Positions 42,642-54,837 of a stretch of 64,000 bases of DNA are shown in pieces. The stretch comes from a virus. Its lineage: Duplodnaviria; Caudoviricetes. Under the pieces are notes generated by a model. That model made no database searches. It had not been told where the DNA came from and saw only the letters and a program-made list of their open reading frames with translations. Where the stretch lies: IMG/VR virus record IMGVR_UViG_3300014039_000013, positions 64,001-128,000 of that record. One strand, 5' to 3'. The number at the start of each line of letters is the position of its first letter. Position 1 is the stretch's first letter. The position numbers were made by a program, and so were the translations under genes.

Positions 42642-42968
42642 TTATATTTCTAGCCAAAGAAAATTATTGTATTTAATAATAAATTTATTTATATATTCAG
42701 AATATATACCATTGTAAAAGTAATCTATATGAGGTTGTGATTTAGTAACTACATATAAATTAGCTATAATCCCAGCAAGTACATTTATAAAAGGTATACA
42801 TAATAATACTATAAAAGGAAGTATATTAAACATATGAATGTTATATACTTTTTTATTATTTTTTAAATAAAGGTGTTCAGCTAGATATAACGCTATTGAC
42901 AATAAAATTAATGATATTAAATAAGTAAAAATCATAATTAATATTTTTCTTTTTCTAAATTTATCCAA
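42642..42968 (-). CDS. Membrane protein, paralog of 35419-35709
   Basis: Direct sequence similarity. Confidence 0.7.
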   Translation of the reverse strand: MDKFRKRKILIMIFTYLISLILLSIALYLAEHLYLKNNKKVYNIHMFNILPFIVLLCIPFINVLAGIIANLYVVTKSQPHIDYFYNGIYSEYINKFIIKYNNFLWLEI

Positions 42969-43149
42969 TAATCAGATTCTAAATCTTCATAGATTTCTTT
43001 AAGTTCGTTATCTGATAAATTAGAATAAATATCTTTATCTTTATAAATATTTTCAGATGTTGTTTTCATAATTAATTTCAATTAAAACCTACTAACTTAA
43101 TAAAGAGCTTTATTAGAGGTTAGTAGGAATAAAACAATATATAACTTAG

Positions 43150-43222
43150 AGCTTCTGATAGGATTCAAACCTACGACACATGGAGTACAAAACCATTGCT
43201 CTATCAACTGAGCTACAGAAGC
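43150..43222 (-). tRNA. tRNA-Thr(TGT)
   Basis: GCTTCTG/CAGAAGC acceptor; loop TTTGTAC. Confidence 0.8.
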
Positions 43223-43282
43223 AGAATGAAATGCAAATATTTCACAACATTTGCACTTCTAAATGTTATACAATTTGAACTG

Positions 43283-43356
<74 letters not shown>

Positions 43357-43430
43357 AGGAATAAGTAAGCGTATTTCACAATAGACTTACTTAAGAAGTA
43401 CAAATAAACTTTTATAACAGATATATTTGT

Positions 43431-43510
43431 TGCATAAAGATTAGTATACAGAATCAAATTGGTATATTCTGCTTAGAAGGTAGACATAATAACCTTTATA
43501 CTAACACTGC
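43431..43510 (-). pseudogene. Degenerate tRNA (TCT anticodon)
   Basis: D-arm TAGTATAAAGGTTATTAT and loop CTTCTAA are present; T-arm and acceptor stem are disrupted. Confidence 0.45.
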
Positions 43511-46500
43511 AGACAATTTGGTCTTATTTATTACAAACTAGACTATATCTTTCAAACGTAATGTATAACTATATTAAATATAATATTTTTAATATTATTT
43601 TCAAAATAAATTTTTTAATACCCGTTTTTTCTATAATATTGTAAATTTTTATCTGCTAAATCATATAATTTTTTAATATTTGTTCTTAATAGTATTTTAT
43701 ATTGTGTTAATACTATATCATATAACATGGTATCAGCAGAAATTCCAAAATTATTTACATCATATTTATCACATTTGTGATTTTCCCAAAATATAATTGA
43801 TTCTGTATTTAAACCATAAATTCCTCCAAGGTATACTTGATCAGGAGTCATAGTTAAAATTGAATCACATCTGAACATACCTGTTTTATCTGGACTTAAA
43901 TTAATATTTTGAAATCCAGATCCCCAAGCATCTTTATGTATATTTAATAGTTGTTTTAAAGATGTTGCAACTTCAATATTTTCTAATATTTTAGGAGCAT
44001 TATGAAGTTGCTTAATATAAAGAGATACTTGTTCTTTATTTTTATTTATTTCTTTTTTATGAAATATGTTATTCCAGAGATTATTATTTTTCATGTTTTT
44101 GAATTTTAAAGAAAATAGCGTGACCTTTAAAAAAATGCTTAAATCCAATTCGATAACAATCTTTTAAGGAACGTGTACAAATCATAAACCAATTAGATTT
44201 ACCAACGCGGTAAAATGTAATTTTATATTTTCTTTTCATTTTAATTAATAAGATATTTTATTTAATGAATCTATTTGTAAAATAGCTTGATTATTATAAA
44301 TAAATATTATTGTATGTTCTCTTGGATTTATCTTAAAGGTATCAGCTTTAATATAAACAGTATCATGATAATTATTTCTAATTACAGTATACTGATGTCG
44401 TTTACTACAACTAGAAATAATCATACATGATATTAAGAAGTAAAAATAATATTTATTAGTAATCACAATTAACTATTTTCTTATCTTCTTTCTTGACATA
44501 ATGTTCGATTTCTTCTGTTAATTCTTCAACAGTAAGAACATTTCTGTCATAGAGAATGAAAAGGCTACTCATTATCTCTGAGTTTGTCATTTTCTTTAAT
44601 TTTTGAAGGATTTTTCTTTTTAGTTTTTTGATAATTTACTGCTTTATCATCATAGATAGACAAATCATTTATATCTAATTTCATGTTTTCTTATTACTTT
44701 GATGTTTACAGGAATTAATTGTGTTGTAATAGCTATAAATGAAAAGGTGTCAAGCTCTTCAGGATGATTTTTTATATTATGATAATATTGATTTTGTACT
44801 TCTGAAAACGTTCTACCTAAAACTTTAGCTACATATTTAATACCTACATTTATGTTACTAGATAAACTAGCTAATACTGCACAGAGAAATCTTACTTCTA
44901 CTTCAGTCCAAAAAGCATTTTTACGTTCTTCAGGATAATTATAAAAGGAAATAGAAGAAAGTACGTCTTTTAATTTAAGTATCTCTTCCTGAGAGAACCT
45001 TTCTTCTAACAAATTTAAAGTAACTTGTCTTCTCCATACACAAGGACACTTTTTTTCAGCTATTTCTCTATAAAGAGTATTAAATTCTTTTAGGAGAATT
45101 AAATCTTTAAGATTAATATTGTATTCTTTTGATATATTGTTGAGGCTAATTATAATCATAATAAAAAATTTTAATGTTAATTATTTAAATATTACTACAA
45201 TATCGTAGATAATGTTTTAATAAAACAAATACCCCTATTCTCACGAACCAGAGTATATAAACATGTTGACTTTTATCCTTTATAATCATCATATCCCATA
45301 TTATCATAATATATTTCTTCTTGGGATTTGGCATAATAGAGATACTGACCAATAAAGTCAGCAACTTCTTGAAAGTCTTCATTGTTACCAGTAAACTGAT
45401 ATGGTGTGAGACTTTCAATATAAACTACTGCTCTTAGCATTTTCTCTGTAGGTTTACGCAGAGAAGTTCTTGCTTTACTAATTTTCCAATCAGGTCTATT
45501 AGCCAGCATTTTGAAGTTAAGGGCATCATTAAAAGTAGAGAATTTTGCGAGAAAATGTCCTTCTGTATCAAGGACTCTGTATAATTTTTCCATTGTTGTT
45601 TGTTTTAAATTAATAAAAATAAGCAGTTTTATATCATGCTTAGGATAGGATAATTACTCAACCACAAATTCGGCTTTTATTATCTCTTTAACTGGAATAA
45701 CGTTCCAATTATTAAACATATAATTCCAGAAATACAAGTTACCTTCATCTACGAAGGTATCCTTATATCTATCACCTTCATTAAAGTTGATGAATACTTT
45801 GATTGAAGGTAATGTTAATGTTAATTCTGCATCATTAGCGATGCAAAAATTAATTATTGTATCCAATGTTTCTTCTTTCATTGTTTTAAATGTTTTAAGC
45901 AGAGAGCAATATCGCTCCCTGCTTTGATGAATACTAATTTAATTTGATAGATTCCCAACTTACTCTTTTACCATTTATGATAACAGTTGGGATATCTAGA
46001 ATAAGATATTCAATATCTTCTTCTTTAAGAGATACCTCATACTCTTTATTATATGCTGCTATAATGTTTTTAAGCAACATACAACTTATTTGTATTTCTA
46101 TTAGTATGTATAAATTGTGAAACCCTCATACATGGAAAGTTCAGATTCTTTGATGTATGTGATTTTACCAAACACCTTAGTATAATATCTCTTTTTAACA
46201 ATAATCGTCTTAGAGATTTCTACTATAGTTTTACTGTTGTGATTTCGTGCTAAATCATTACGATGAGCACGAATAGAGGATTCATAGCCCTCTGAGCTAC
46301 AAATCCTCTGTGCGTTAAATCTTCTTCTCATTTTCTTCTTCAATTATTGAAGTGAAGCACAAAATTGCAGCAAATAATGCTGCTAAACTTATTACAATAG
46401 CAATTCCGCTACTGTAACAATTGTCTGCTACTATAGCAACAACCACTAAGATTATTGCTATAGTAGCATACAAGAATGTTCCAATAATTCTTAACATAAT

Positions 46501-46853
46501 TATTTATTTATTAAGAGTTACTGCTACTGGACAGCTCTCGCTGTTGAGAGCTGAAAGAGAATCTACATAATTGAGAATCTCTTCATTAGACACTTCCTCT
46601 ACTGTAGAGAGGAAAACTTTATCACATAATTTCTGATATTTATCAGACTTCTGTGAATAAAATTCAGCAGCCTCTTTATATTGAAGAGACTCTGAATGGT
46701 ACTTATTAGCCTTATTGTAAAAAGTGAAGGCCATTGTAAGTGCAATGATGACTAATACAGCCATCATAAGATTTCCGAAATTTTTCATTGTTTTTTTTGT
46801 TTTTATATCCCACAATGTCGTGGGATAAGTTGTTAATTAAATTGTTTTATAGT

Positions 46854-46917
46854 TACGACTCCCGGATTTGAACCGTCCTCCCTGCCTTTAAAGGGTGCTT
46901 TCCTACCAGCTAGTCGC
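46854..46917 (-). other. Degenerate tRNA-like element with a CTTTAAA loop
   Basis: GCGACT/AGTCGT stem, GCT..AGC arm and CGG-TTCAAAT-CCG; arms are shortened. Confidence 0.35.
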
Positions 46918-47818
46918 CTTCCCCTTATCCGTTATACTAATTTCAAAGTAAAAATACTTCTTATATAGTTTATCCAGCAATAAGGGAGCTGTCTTTTTTT
47001 AATTTGGTAGACGATTGGAACAAGAACCAACTGATGATTTCTATAATCATCCTAATATAGAAGTAGGGCTACTTCAAGTTTCTTTTTGTTTGTGGGTGCC
47101 ACCCGAGCAATCTGTACCTTTTAGATATACTATAGATGTACTGCTCTGAAATAAGACCTCTTTTAAATTATTAATGAGTGAGGTAACTCGTATACGTTTG
47201 ATGCATATAGCTATCTTATTTTCGCTATTACAACATACTAAAAACACAGAAGCGTACAAGTCTGTGCTCATACGCTTCTGTGGCCCTTCATCTACGCAAT
47301 GTCGTAGATGAATATGTTTTAATAGTTATTGGATACTAATGCGTACCCAATAACTATTTTCGGACAGCCCTTCTGTAAAAACTGCCCAAGACGGGCTAAC
47401 TTCTTTTTAATGAGTTCGATGTCTTCACTCTCGAACCACACAAAATCAGTTGTTTTTTCTTGACCCCTACAATGGGTCGTTTTTACTATTTTCATATTAC
47501 TTTGTTGTTTTTTTCACAGACACAGAGCCATTACTAAAATAGTAGTTTCTCTCTGTGTTTCATCAATGTGAATTTTAACGTCTCCTGGATGACGAAATTT
47601 TATATTTTAATTCTCGATTTACGGGAAAATAAATTTTAGTTTAACCTAAATAACTAAAAAGGTAAAAATTGTTAAAAATAAGACGTAGTTATACATCTTG
47701 TTTTTAACAATTAAAAATTTGGAATAAACGGAAAGACAAGAATCGTGGGCGAGGTTGAGTGCTCATTTTTAACCATGTTGCTCCAAGTTTTATCAACTCA
47801 GAGCAACACAGTTAATCT

Positions 47819-48316
47819 TTACGGCTGAGTTTCTTCAACCTTATCTTCTACAATGTCAATTGTCATTACTGGTGTTGACATTATTTCCATTTGTCCAAAT
47901 CGTTTGGTTGTTACCCTCTGGATATTTTCAACCCTGAGAGTCTTACCAGCAAGAGCTTGCATACCAGACGCAACGGTGTCATACTTCTGAAACTCAGCTA
48001 CCGCTGTGCCAGAAGCAGATACAGATTGTCCTGTTGCAAGACAATCTTTATCGTACACACGTACATTCTTGTAAAATGCACTAGTGTACAATCTCTTACC
48101 AACACCGTTTACATCAACAATGATGTATTCGGCAAAATACTTGCCGATTTGTTGATGAAACACCTGGTTGTATTCACTTGGCATAGTGAATGTGTCTCCT
48201 TTTTCAAAGGAGACATTTTCATCACCTTTGATGAATGTTTTGGCTGTAAAGCCAACAACCACGCTCGTATTCTCTTGTTTACGAGCAATTTCAATCTCTT
48301 TAGCTACTGTTGCCAT
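47819..48316 (-). CDS. Hypothetical early protein (GC-richer)
   Basis: 165-aa ORF preceded by the conserved 44-bp motif. Confidence 0.75.
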   Translation of the reverse strand: MATVAKEIEIARKQENTSVVVGFTAKTFIKGDENVSFEKGDTFTMPSEYNQVFHQQIGKYFAEYIIVDVNGVGKRLYTSAFYKNVRVYDKDCLATGQSVSASGTAVAEFQKYDTVASGMQALAGKTLRVENIQRVTTKRFGQMEIMSTPVMTIDIVEDKVEETQP

Positions 48317-48366
48317 GATCTAATTATTTTTTAATTATACATATGTGAGTATTTATCCGCGCTCAC

Positions 48367-48410
48367 TTCGCTACGATGCTATCGCAAGGTATACACCCTG
48401 CTCGTTATGA
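48367..48410 (-). promoter_or_regulatory. Conserved ~44-bp motif, copy 1 (copy 2 at 49526-49570)
   Basis: TTCGCTAyGA...TATCGmAAGGTATA.....TGCTCGTTATGA upstream of the first two minus-strand genes. Confidence 0.55.
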
Positions 48411-48557
48411 ATTAAATATAACCTGCTCGTTAGGGTCTCATTTAACTATTATTAACAATTCGTGTGTAATTAAAGAATTTTGTAGTTTGTGTATTTGTGG
48501 GTGTTATAGTGCGGTCAATTAGATAAAACGACTTAGAGTTTATTGTGAGTAAAGGCA

Positions 48558-48639
48558 TTAACTATGGTTTGCAATTGAGAAAGACATTTAACTAAATTTA
48601 ACGTCAACAAATTTTTAACTATGGTTTGCAATTGAGAAA
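48558..48639. repeat. 25-bp direct repeat, two copies
   Basis: TTAACTATGGTTTGCAATTGAGAAA at 48558 and 48615. Confidence 0.85.
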
Positions 48640-48946
48640 AAATAAAGGGTTAACTCATTCCTTTCGGAACAAGTTAACCCTTTATTTTATATCAAGCCCA
48701 CTCTACTTTGGGAAGAGCTTTTTTCGAACCCACCATCGAAAATTCCATGCCTCATGAGTTCGGTGGCATGGATTCATAAAGTAGCCGCAATATATTAACG
48801 TTACGGCTACTTTTAATTCTTTAAAATTCATTGTTGTGTGAATTTTAAATTAAGGGGCATAGTTTTTGCTGTTGTCATAGCCCCCCCCCATTCGGACACT
48901 TCGCTTCGGTTACTATTATTCAGCCGAAGCGGCGGCGCGGTGTACC

Positions 48947-49510
48947 TTATGCGTTCACCCACTCCATAACGAAAGCGCGTTTCGCGTAATCGTTATTGGC
49001 TTTAAGGAACGCACGGCATTGAACGACCTCAAAGACCACCTTCACCTTCTTGCCTGCGAACTTTGTCTTGAAGTCCGCTTGCAATTCGGCTCTGGTGCCC
49101 TCACTGGTTTTGAGCCAGCTTATGAGGTCGTTTGCGGCACTGCCTGACGCAAGTGTGCGCAACCCTCCGTCTGCCAAATTTAGCGTATTCGCTAATTTGT
49201 GCAGACAAATGAGCTGCTCCCCAAGTTTACACCACAGCGTTGGCTGATAAACGCCTTTGCCGTCTGTGCGCTTCTTGGGGTTACCGCTTGCGTCCACCTG
49301 ACTATCGAAATAGTAGGTGTTTAGACTGTTCTCGTCGAGCGAGAATGTGCCTTCTGCCGTTGGTACGCCTGCGCTTGCGAGTCTTTTAACGAACTCGCCT
49401 GCGTAGATTTGTGCCATGCGGTCACGGTAGAGAGCGCAAATTCTACTACGCCAACAACCTGCGCCCCCTACCTTGGTATTAGGAGCTGTTGGCGAGAGCA
49501 CGTACAACAC
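48947..49510 (-). CDS. Hypothetical protein with strongly elevated GC (likely start ATG at 49417)
   Basis: First minus-strand gene at the strand switch; composition unlike the rest of the window. Confidence 0.7.
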   Translation of the reverse strand: MLYVLSPTAPNTKVGGAGCWRSRICALYRDRMAQIYAGEFVKRLASAGVPTAEGTFSLDENSLNTYYFDSQVDASGNPKKRTDGKGVYQPTLWCKLGEQLICLHKLANTLNLADGGLRTLASGSAANDLISWLKTSEGTRAELQADFKTKFAGKKVKVVFEVVQCRAFLKANNDYAKRAFVMEWVNA

Positions 49511-49620
49511 TCTTCGCTGTACGTTTTCGCTATGAATTTATCGAAAGGTATATTGACATGCTCGTTATGATTTCCCATATCGATGCCCCAGGGGGGCTGA
49601 TGATATGATCTACTCCTGCT

Positions 49621-49658
49621 TTCAGAATTAAATAATTTTTTCAGAATTAAATAATTTT
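49621..49658. repeat. 19-bp tandem duplication
   Basis: TTCAGAATTAAATAATTTT x2. Confidence 0.8.
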
Positions 49659-49897
49659 TAAAATTCTAAAAACTATATTATTAATACAGGGTTATTAATT
49701 TTGTTTATAAAATATTTTTTGTCCAAATAAAATTTTTAAATTATATTTATAAGTTCGGAATTAAATATAGGGGGGGATTATAAATATGAACTTTAAAAAA
49801 ATAAAATAAATAATTTTTTAATTAAGAATTATTAACATTTGGTTATTTAATTCTGAACTAATAAATTAATTTTGTAATCAATAATAAATTAATAAAT

Positions 49898-50245
49898 ATG
49901 ATAGAACTTTTAGAAAAATTAGCAACTGAGCTTGCAAATGCAAAGCCAGTAGTATCTGAAAATGGTAATCAGATATTTGATATAGATGGTTTAAAAATTG
50001 AATTGAAAGAAAATGGTGATTCAATTAGTATTACATTAACTCACAATGATTTAGCAGAAGATTTTAAAAAGTGGTGTGATAAATTACCAGACGATGTCTT
50101 TGTTGAAGCTTGTGAACAAATTGAGAATATGAAAGAATTTACAGAAGATATTACTGAAGAGAAAATTTGTTTGTTTAAAAATTTAGTAGTAAATTTGATA
50201 AAGAAACACATTAAAGATTATCAGAATCTTCTAGAAACTCTTTAA
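49898..50245 (+). CDS. Hypothetical protein
   Basis: 115-aa ORF immediately upstream of the suppressor tRNA; no TAG. Confidence 0.7.
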   Translation: MIELLEKLATELANAKPVVSENGNQIFDIDGLKIELKENGDSISITLTHNDLAEDFKKWCDKLPDDVFVEACEQIENMKEFTEDITEEKICLFKNLVVNLIKKHIKDYQNLLETL

Positions 50246-50253
50246 TAGATTAA

Positions 50254-50342
50254 GGCTCTGTGGTGTATGGTTGCACGGGTTGACTCTAAATCAATATAGC
50301 CTTCTGAGGGCGGCGGAGTGGGTTCGATTCCTACCAGGGCTT
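50254..50342 (+). tRNA. Amber suppressor tRNA (anticodon CTA at 50286-50288) with long variable arm
   Basis: Acceptor GGCTCTG/CAGGGCT; D-arm GTGT-ATGGTT-GCAC; GTTGA-CTCTAAA-TCAAT; variable hairpin GCCTT-CTG-AGGGC; T-arm GTGGG-TTCGATT-CCTAC. Confidence 0.9.
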
Positions 50343-50349
50343 CTATAAT

Positions 50350-50649
50350 ATGATTATAGCAATTTACAGAATTAATAATAAGATTTACAAAACTACTAAT
50401 TTAAAGAAGAGTATAAAGAATAAAAACATTAATGAGATTCTTTATCAATTAGATTATAGTGGCAATGTTCAATCTGCTGAAGATATTTTAGATAGATGGA
50501 TTAAAGTAAATCTTAAAGATTATGACAAAAATTTAAAATATTATTATTTTAAAAATAGAAAAACAGGGAATGTGATCAGGTCTATATATGATAATTTAGA
50601 TAATTTAAAAAAAATTATTAAAGTATATGAATATGCAAGAATATCTTAA
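50350..50649 (+). CDS. Hypothetical protein
   Basis: ORF track. Confidence 0.6.
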   Translation: MIIAIYRINNKIYKTTNLKKSIKNKNINEILYQLDYSGNVQSAEDILDRWIKVNLKDYDKNLKYYYFKNRKTGNVIRSIYDNLDNLKKIIKVYEYARIS

Positions 50650-50818
50650 ACAACTTTATGAATAGAGTATACATCTCTGTTAGACTATTGACAATTTAAC
50701 TCATTTAATCCATTTGGAAAATAGTCAAGAATATTTAAATTGGCATGATGAGTTAAATGATATTTCGATATCTTATTAAAAAGTATATGTAGTAGTTAAA
50801 AATAAATTATTAATTAAA

Positions 50819-50848
50819 CAGGATGGACTTCGGTTCATCCTTTTTTTG
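50819..50848 (+). terminator. Intrinsic terminator
   Basis: GGATGGAC-TTCG-GTTCATCC followed by T7. Confidence 0.75.
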
Positions 50849-50859
50849 TTTTATAAAGT

Positions 50860-53595
50860 ATGGCAAAAAAAGAAAAAACTAAAAGAAGTAAATCATTTAC
50901 TGATTTATTAAATCAACTTGTTGAATCTCGTTAGAATAGAAATGTTGATTTAGAAGAAAAGAGAGACGCTATTAGAAATCCAGTTGAGGATTTACCACAA
51001 ATAGCAAAAAGTGAACTTTAGAATGAAGCAAATTCTAGAACTGTAATTAATAATACAAGCAATTGGAGTATTCAAACTAACGAATATGGATATCCTTATG
51101 TTTATTCTGAAGATTTTCAAGAAGCAATACCAGAAGAATTTTTAAATGATGTATTAGAAAAAGTTCCACAATTAAAATAGGGCTATTAGAATATACGAGC
51201 TGTATATGAACAAAATGCACATCCAACAGTAATAACACAAGGTGAAGATCATTCTAATGATACTCCTTATCAATAGAAAATGCGTGAACAAAATAATAGA
51301 TATTGGGCAAGACAATATGAACAAAACACAGGAGCAGAAGCTCTTAGCGGATTGTTGGCTCCACTTATGCCATCATAGTGGGTTTCTGCAATATCTAGAG
51401 GTATACAAGATAAATCTTTTTTATCTGCATTAGAAGGCTTATATACAGGTCATGGATTTAAAGATTTAAATAGTTCTGCATTACAAGGAGATTTAGGTAC
51501 TGCGGCAAATTTTGTATTTGATATTCTTGGTCCAGTAGCTGTAGGTAAAGTTTTAAAAGGATCAATGTCTGTAACAGATGGTATAGCTTAGGCTTTAAAA
51601 AATAGTAATATAGTAAATCAAATAAAGTTAGGTACAAAATATGCAAGATAGCTTGGATATTTAGGAATGAATATGCCGCTTCATATATTAAAACCAGAAG
51701 AGGCATTTCAATTAGTTAAATAGGGTGTTAATGATAAAGATGTATTAGATTATATAAACACATTATCAGATGATGTAATTGCAAAAGCAGCAAAAGATGC
51801 TAAATTTACTAAAAAAAGTATTGTAAATTTTGGTACACACAGTGCCAGTGATAGAGTCGCTAATGCTTTGGCAATTAACAAAGCTAAATATCCAATAACC
51901 GAAACTCCTATTAGAGATTTAGCAGAATTAAAGAAACAAATTGCAAGTTTAGAATCTAAAGCCAAAACCACAAAATTAACAAGATCAGAAAAAAGTTAGC
52001 TTGAAAAATTAAAAACGCAAGTTTAGCAAATACGTGGTTTAAAAAGAACTAATGCTAAAAATAATTTAACGGACGAATAGTTAATAGATAGTTTTAACAA
52101 AAATCCAGAAGATCCAATAGCATTACAACTTATTAAAGATAAAAATTTATATCCATTAGTATAGAGTAGAGATATTTATACTAAATTAGCAACTGGAAAA
52201 AGAATAACAGAAGCAGAAAGACAACTTATTAAATATGAAGATCTTACTGAAAAAGAATTATAGAATTTAAAAACACTTGATTACAAAAATGGATTTAATA
52301 GTGCTGGTATAGATGAAGCTATAGCAAAAAAACAATCTATTGTTAATTAGCCTACAACGCCTGGATCTACACCTAACTCTACTACAGCTTCAGAACCATC
52401 ACCTACTGTTTAGCCAACCACAGAACCTGTAGCTAATCCAGTTATTGAACCACTGTCAGTTAATAATCCAACATCAACAGCCCCAGAACCTGTAGCTGTT
52501 CAAGAACCAACAAACCCCACAGAATATACTTTTATAATTGATACTCCTACAAGAAGCATTAAACTTAATGTATCAGATCCTAACTCAACTAAAGCATTTG
52601 ATGAATTTGGAAACGAATATGGAGTTGTATGGTAGAAAAACGAATACGGAGAGCTAACACCTAAATTAACAGGTGAAGTTAAAATAGATAAAAGTCAATA
52701 CAATAGGTTATTTTCGACAAATCCAAATGTTGATTTATCTTCTGGGGAAGTTAGAATGGTTGAAGGAGAAAGTAGAAATAAATTTACACATCCGCAAGAT
52801 TTCTTTACAAAACCAAAGAAAAATAAGAGAGGCAAAATTGGAACTTACTTTCTTGGAGAAAAAGCTAGACCACAAAAAGTAAAACCTACACTAGTAGAAT
52901 ACGGTGACGAACTTTATAATTTATACTCTAATGTTGATATACCAGAACACACCAAAACTATTAATTGGTGGACAACTGCTCCAGCATTAGGTGGAACTGG
53001 TTATGGATTGTATTCTTTAGGTGATTGGATTTTTGGAAAAGATACACCAGAAGAAAAAGCAGCAAAGTTAAAACAAGAAGCACAAGAGAAAAAAGCCGAT
53101 ATACAAGAAGCAATACAAAGTGCACGCATACCAATTTATGATTTTGAAGGAGAATTAGCTGATACAGTATCAATTAATATTAATGGTAAACCACAAATTT
53201 ATGCTATAAAACCTACAAATAAAATTGATCCAGAGTACCATCCCGATTCAAATATTTGGTCTGGTATTCCAATTACTATTGATAAAGATGGTATTGGGCA
53301 TATTAGGAGTGATGAACCAACATTCTTTACTAAGAAATATGGAAAATGGATTCAAGTAAACAGTGCTCATGATTTAGCAACTCCAGATTAGTTTTAGCAA
53401 GTTAATGACACAACAAATATGGATAATAGTTTACCAGCTGTTAGTATGCCAAGTTAGCCATCAGAACAAACCCCAACTAGATAGTCTACTCCAGTTCAAA
53501 GACAACAACCAGTTGAACAAAATACTGATCCAGATGATGATTATGTAAAAAATGATTTTTTAAAAACATTATTTAATAATACATATTATGTTTGA
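50860..53595 (+). CDS. Large TAG-recoded protein (911 aa, ~21 TAG), putative virion cargo
   Basis: One frame without TAA/TGA from ATG 50860 to TGA 53593; includes track ORF 52756-53391; has Pro/Thr linkers and hydrophobic segments. Confidence 0.85.
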
Positions 53596-54274
53596 TACTC
53601 CATTTGTTACATACGACCCATTTGCCACATATAATCAAGTTGATCCACCGCAAATAGATTATAAAGAATCAAATTACCAACTATAGTCTTTGATTGACAA
53701 TTTAAAAAATCTTGATTTTAATAAAAGATTAGACGTAGATGATTTGCCTCAAATTGAGAATAATCATGAGGTTAAAAATGATGAATATAATATCCAAAAT
53801 AATACGTCTGACGATAAAGATACTACACAAGCAAATACAGAAACAAAACCTAATAACAAAAAAGCTCAATTGGAATCTGTATTAGATGCTTAGGGAATTA
53901 CAGGGTAGAAAAAAACAACATTACTAAAAATTGCAAAAATCGAATCTGGATATAATCCTAAATCATAGGCTAAGGGTTCTTCCGCTTGTGGATTATTTGG
54001 TTTTATTAATAGTACCAGAAAGCAATTTAGTAATTTAAGTAGAAAAGACTTTTTAAATGATATAGATGAACAAGTTAGGTGTGCATCACAGCTTTATGAA
54101 GCTCAAAAATAGTTTTTAATAAGAAAAGGATTTAATCCATCTCCAGAGGCGATCGCATTAAGTTGGTTTAGTCCAAAATGGGCAATAACATATTTAAAAA
54201 ATGGAGTTGATGAAGGTAAGGATATATTTGGAACTACACCTAGTAAATATTTAAAAAAATTCAGAGAAGCATGA
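53588..54274 (+). CDS. SLT-family lytic transglycosylase, TAG-recoded (228 aa)
   Basis: LLKIAKIESGYNPKS*AKGSSACGLFGFINST. Confidence 0.85.
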
Positions 54275-54837
54275 CAATGACTTAGTATGATAGAGTGTAT
54301 TAGGACGTAAACGCTAGAATCGATACATTATTACCATTATTTAAAAGATTAAAATCATAGTACAAATTGTCTGACACATAGGCAATGGGGTTATTAACTA
54401 ATATAGCGGCAGAATCTGGCGGAAATCCAAATGCAAGAAATGGTCAGTATTTTGGATATACTTAGTTATCTCCTATGCAAGTTGATTTTATTAAAAAATA
54501 CTATGGTAGTACAAACGAACATGCATAGTTAAGATATTTAACAGACGGTATGCGCGGAAAGATTAAAACAAATGATAATAATATTAATTATGAATTAAAA
54601 ATGTTGCAAAAGCTTAATAAAAATTATACAGATTCATTATCTTTTGCAAGAGATTTTCATAAGTATCATGAAAGAAGCGGAAGTCAAGATTGGCCAAAAC
54701 GACAATTGTATAATAAAGCATTAAGAGAAATATTTAAAAATAAATTTCATATTAATGTTGCCTCTAATTTATTTAATCCTAATATAGATTTATATAATCA
54801 AAATATAGATTTAAATGAGCAAAACTATCTCACCTGA
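54271..54837 (+). CDS. Phage tail lysozyme-like protein, TAG-recoded (188 aa)
   Basis: LSDT*AMGLLTNIAAESGGNPNA..YFGYT*L ... *LRYL ... FHKYHER; ATGA overlap with the upstream gene. Confidence 0.8.

Noticed and set aside
48558-48639. Mini CRISPR array (25-bp repeat, 32-bp spacer)
   Set aside because: Only two copies, not palindromic, and no cas genes in the window; kept as a plain direct repeat.
50254-50342. Pyrrolysine or selenocysteine tRNA
   Set aside because: tRNA-Pyl has a very short variable loop and tRNA-Sec reads TGA. No pyl or sel genes are visible, and TAG is frequent and sits at Gln-type positions.
50627-50779. 50-codon ORF with two TAG
   Set aside because: Plausible under recoding but short and motif-free, so not called.
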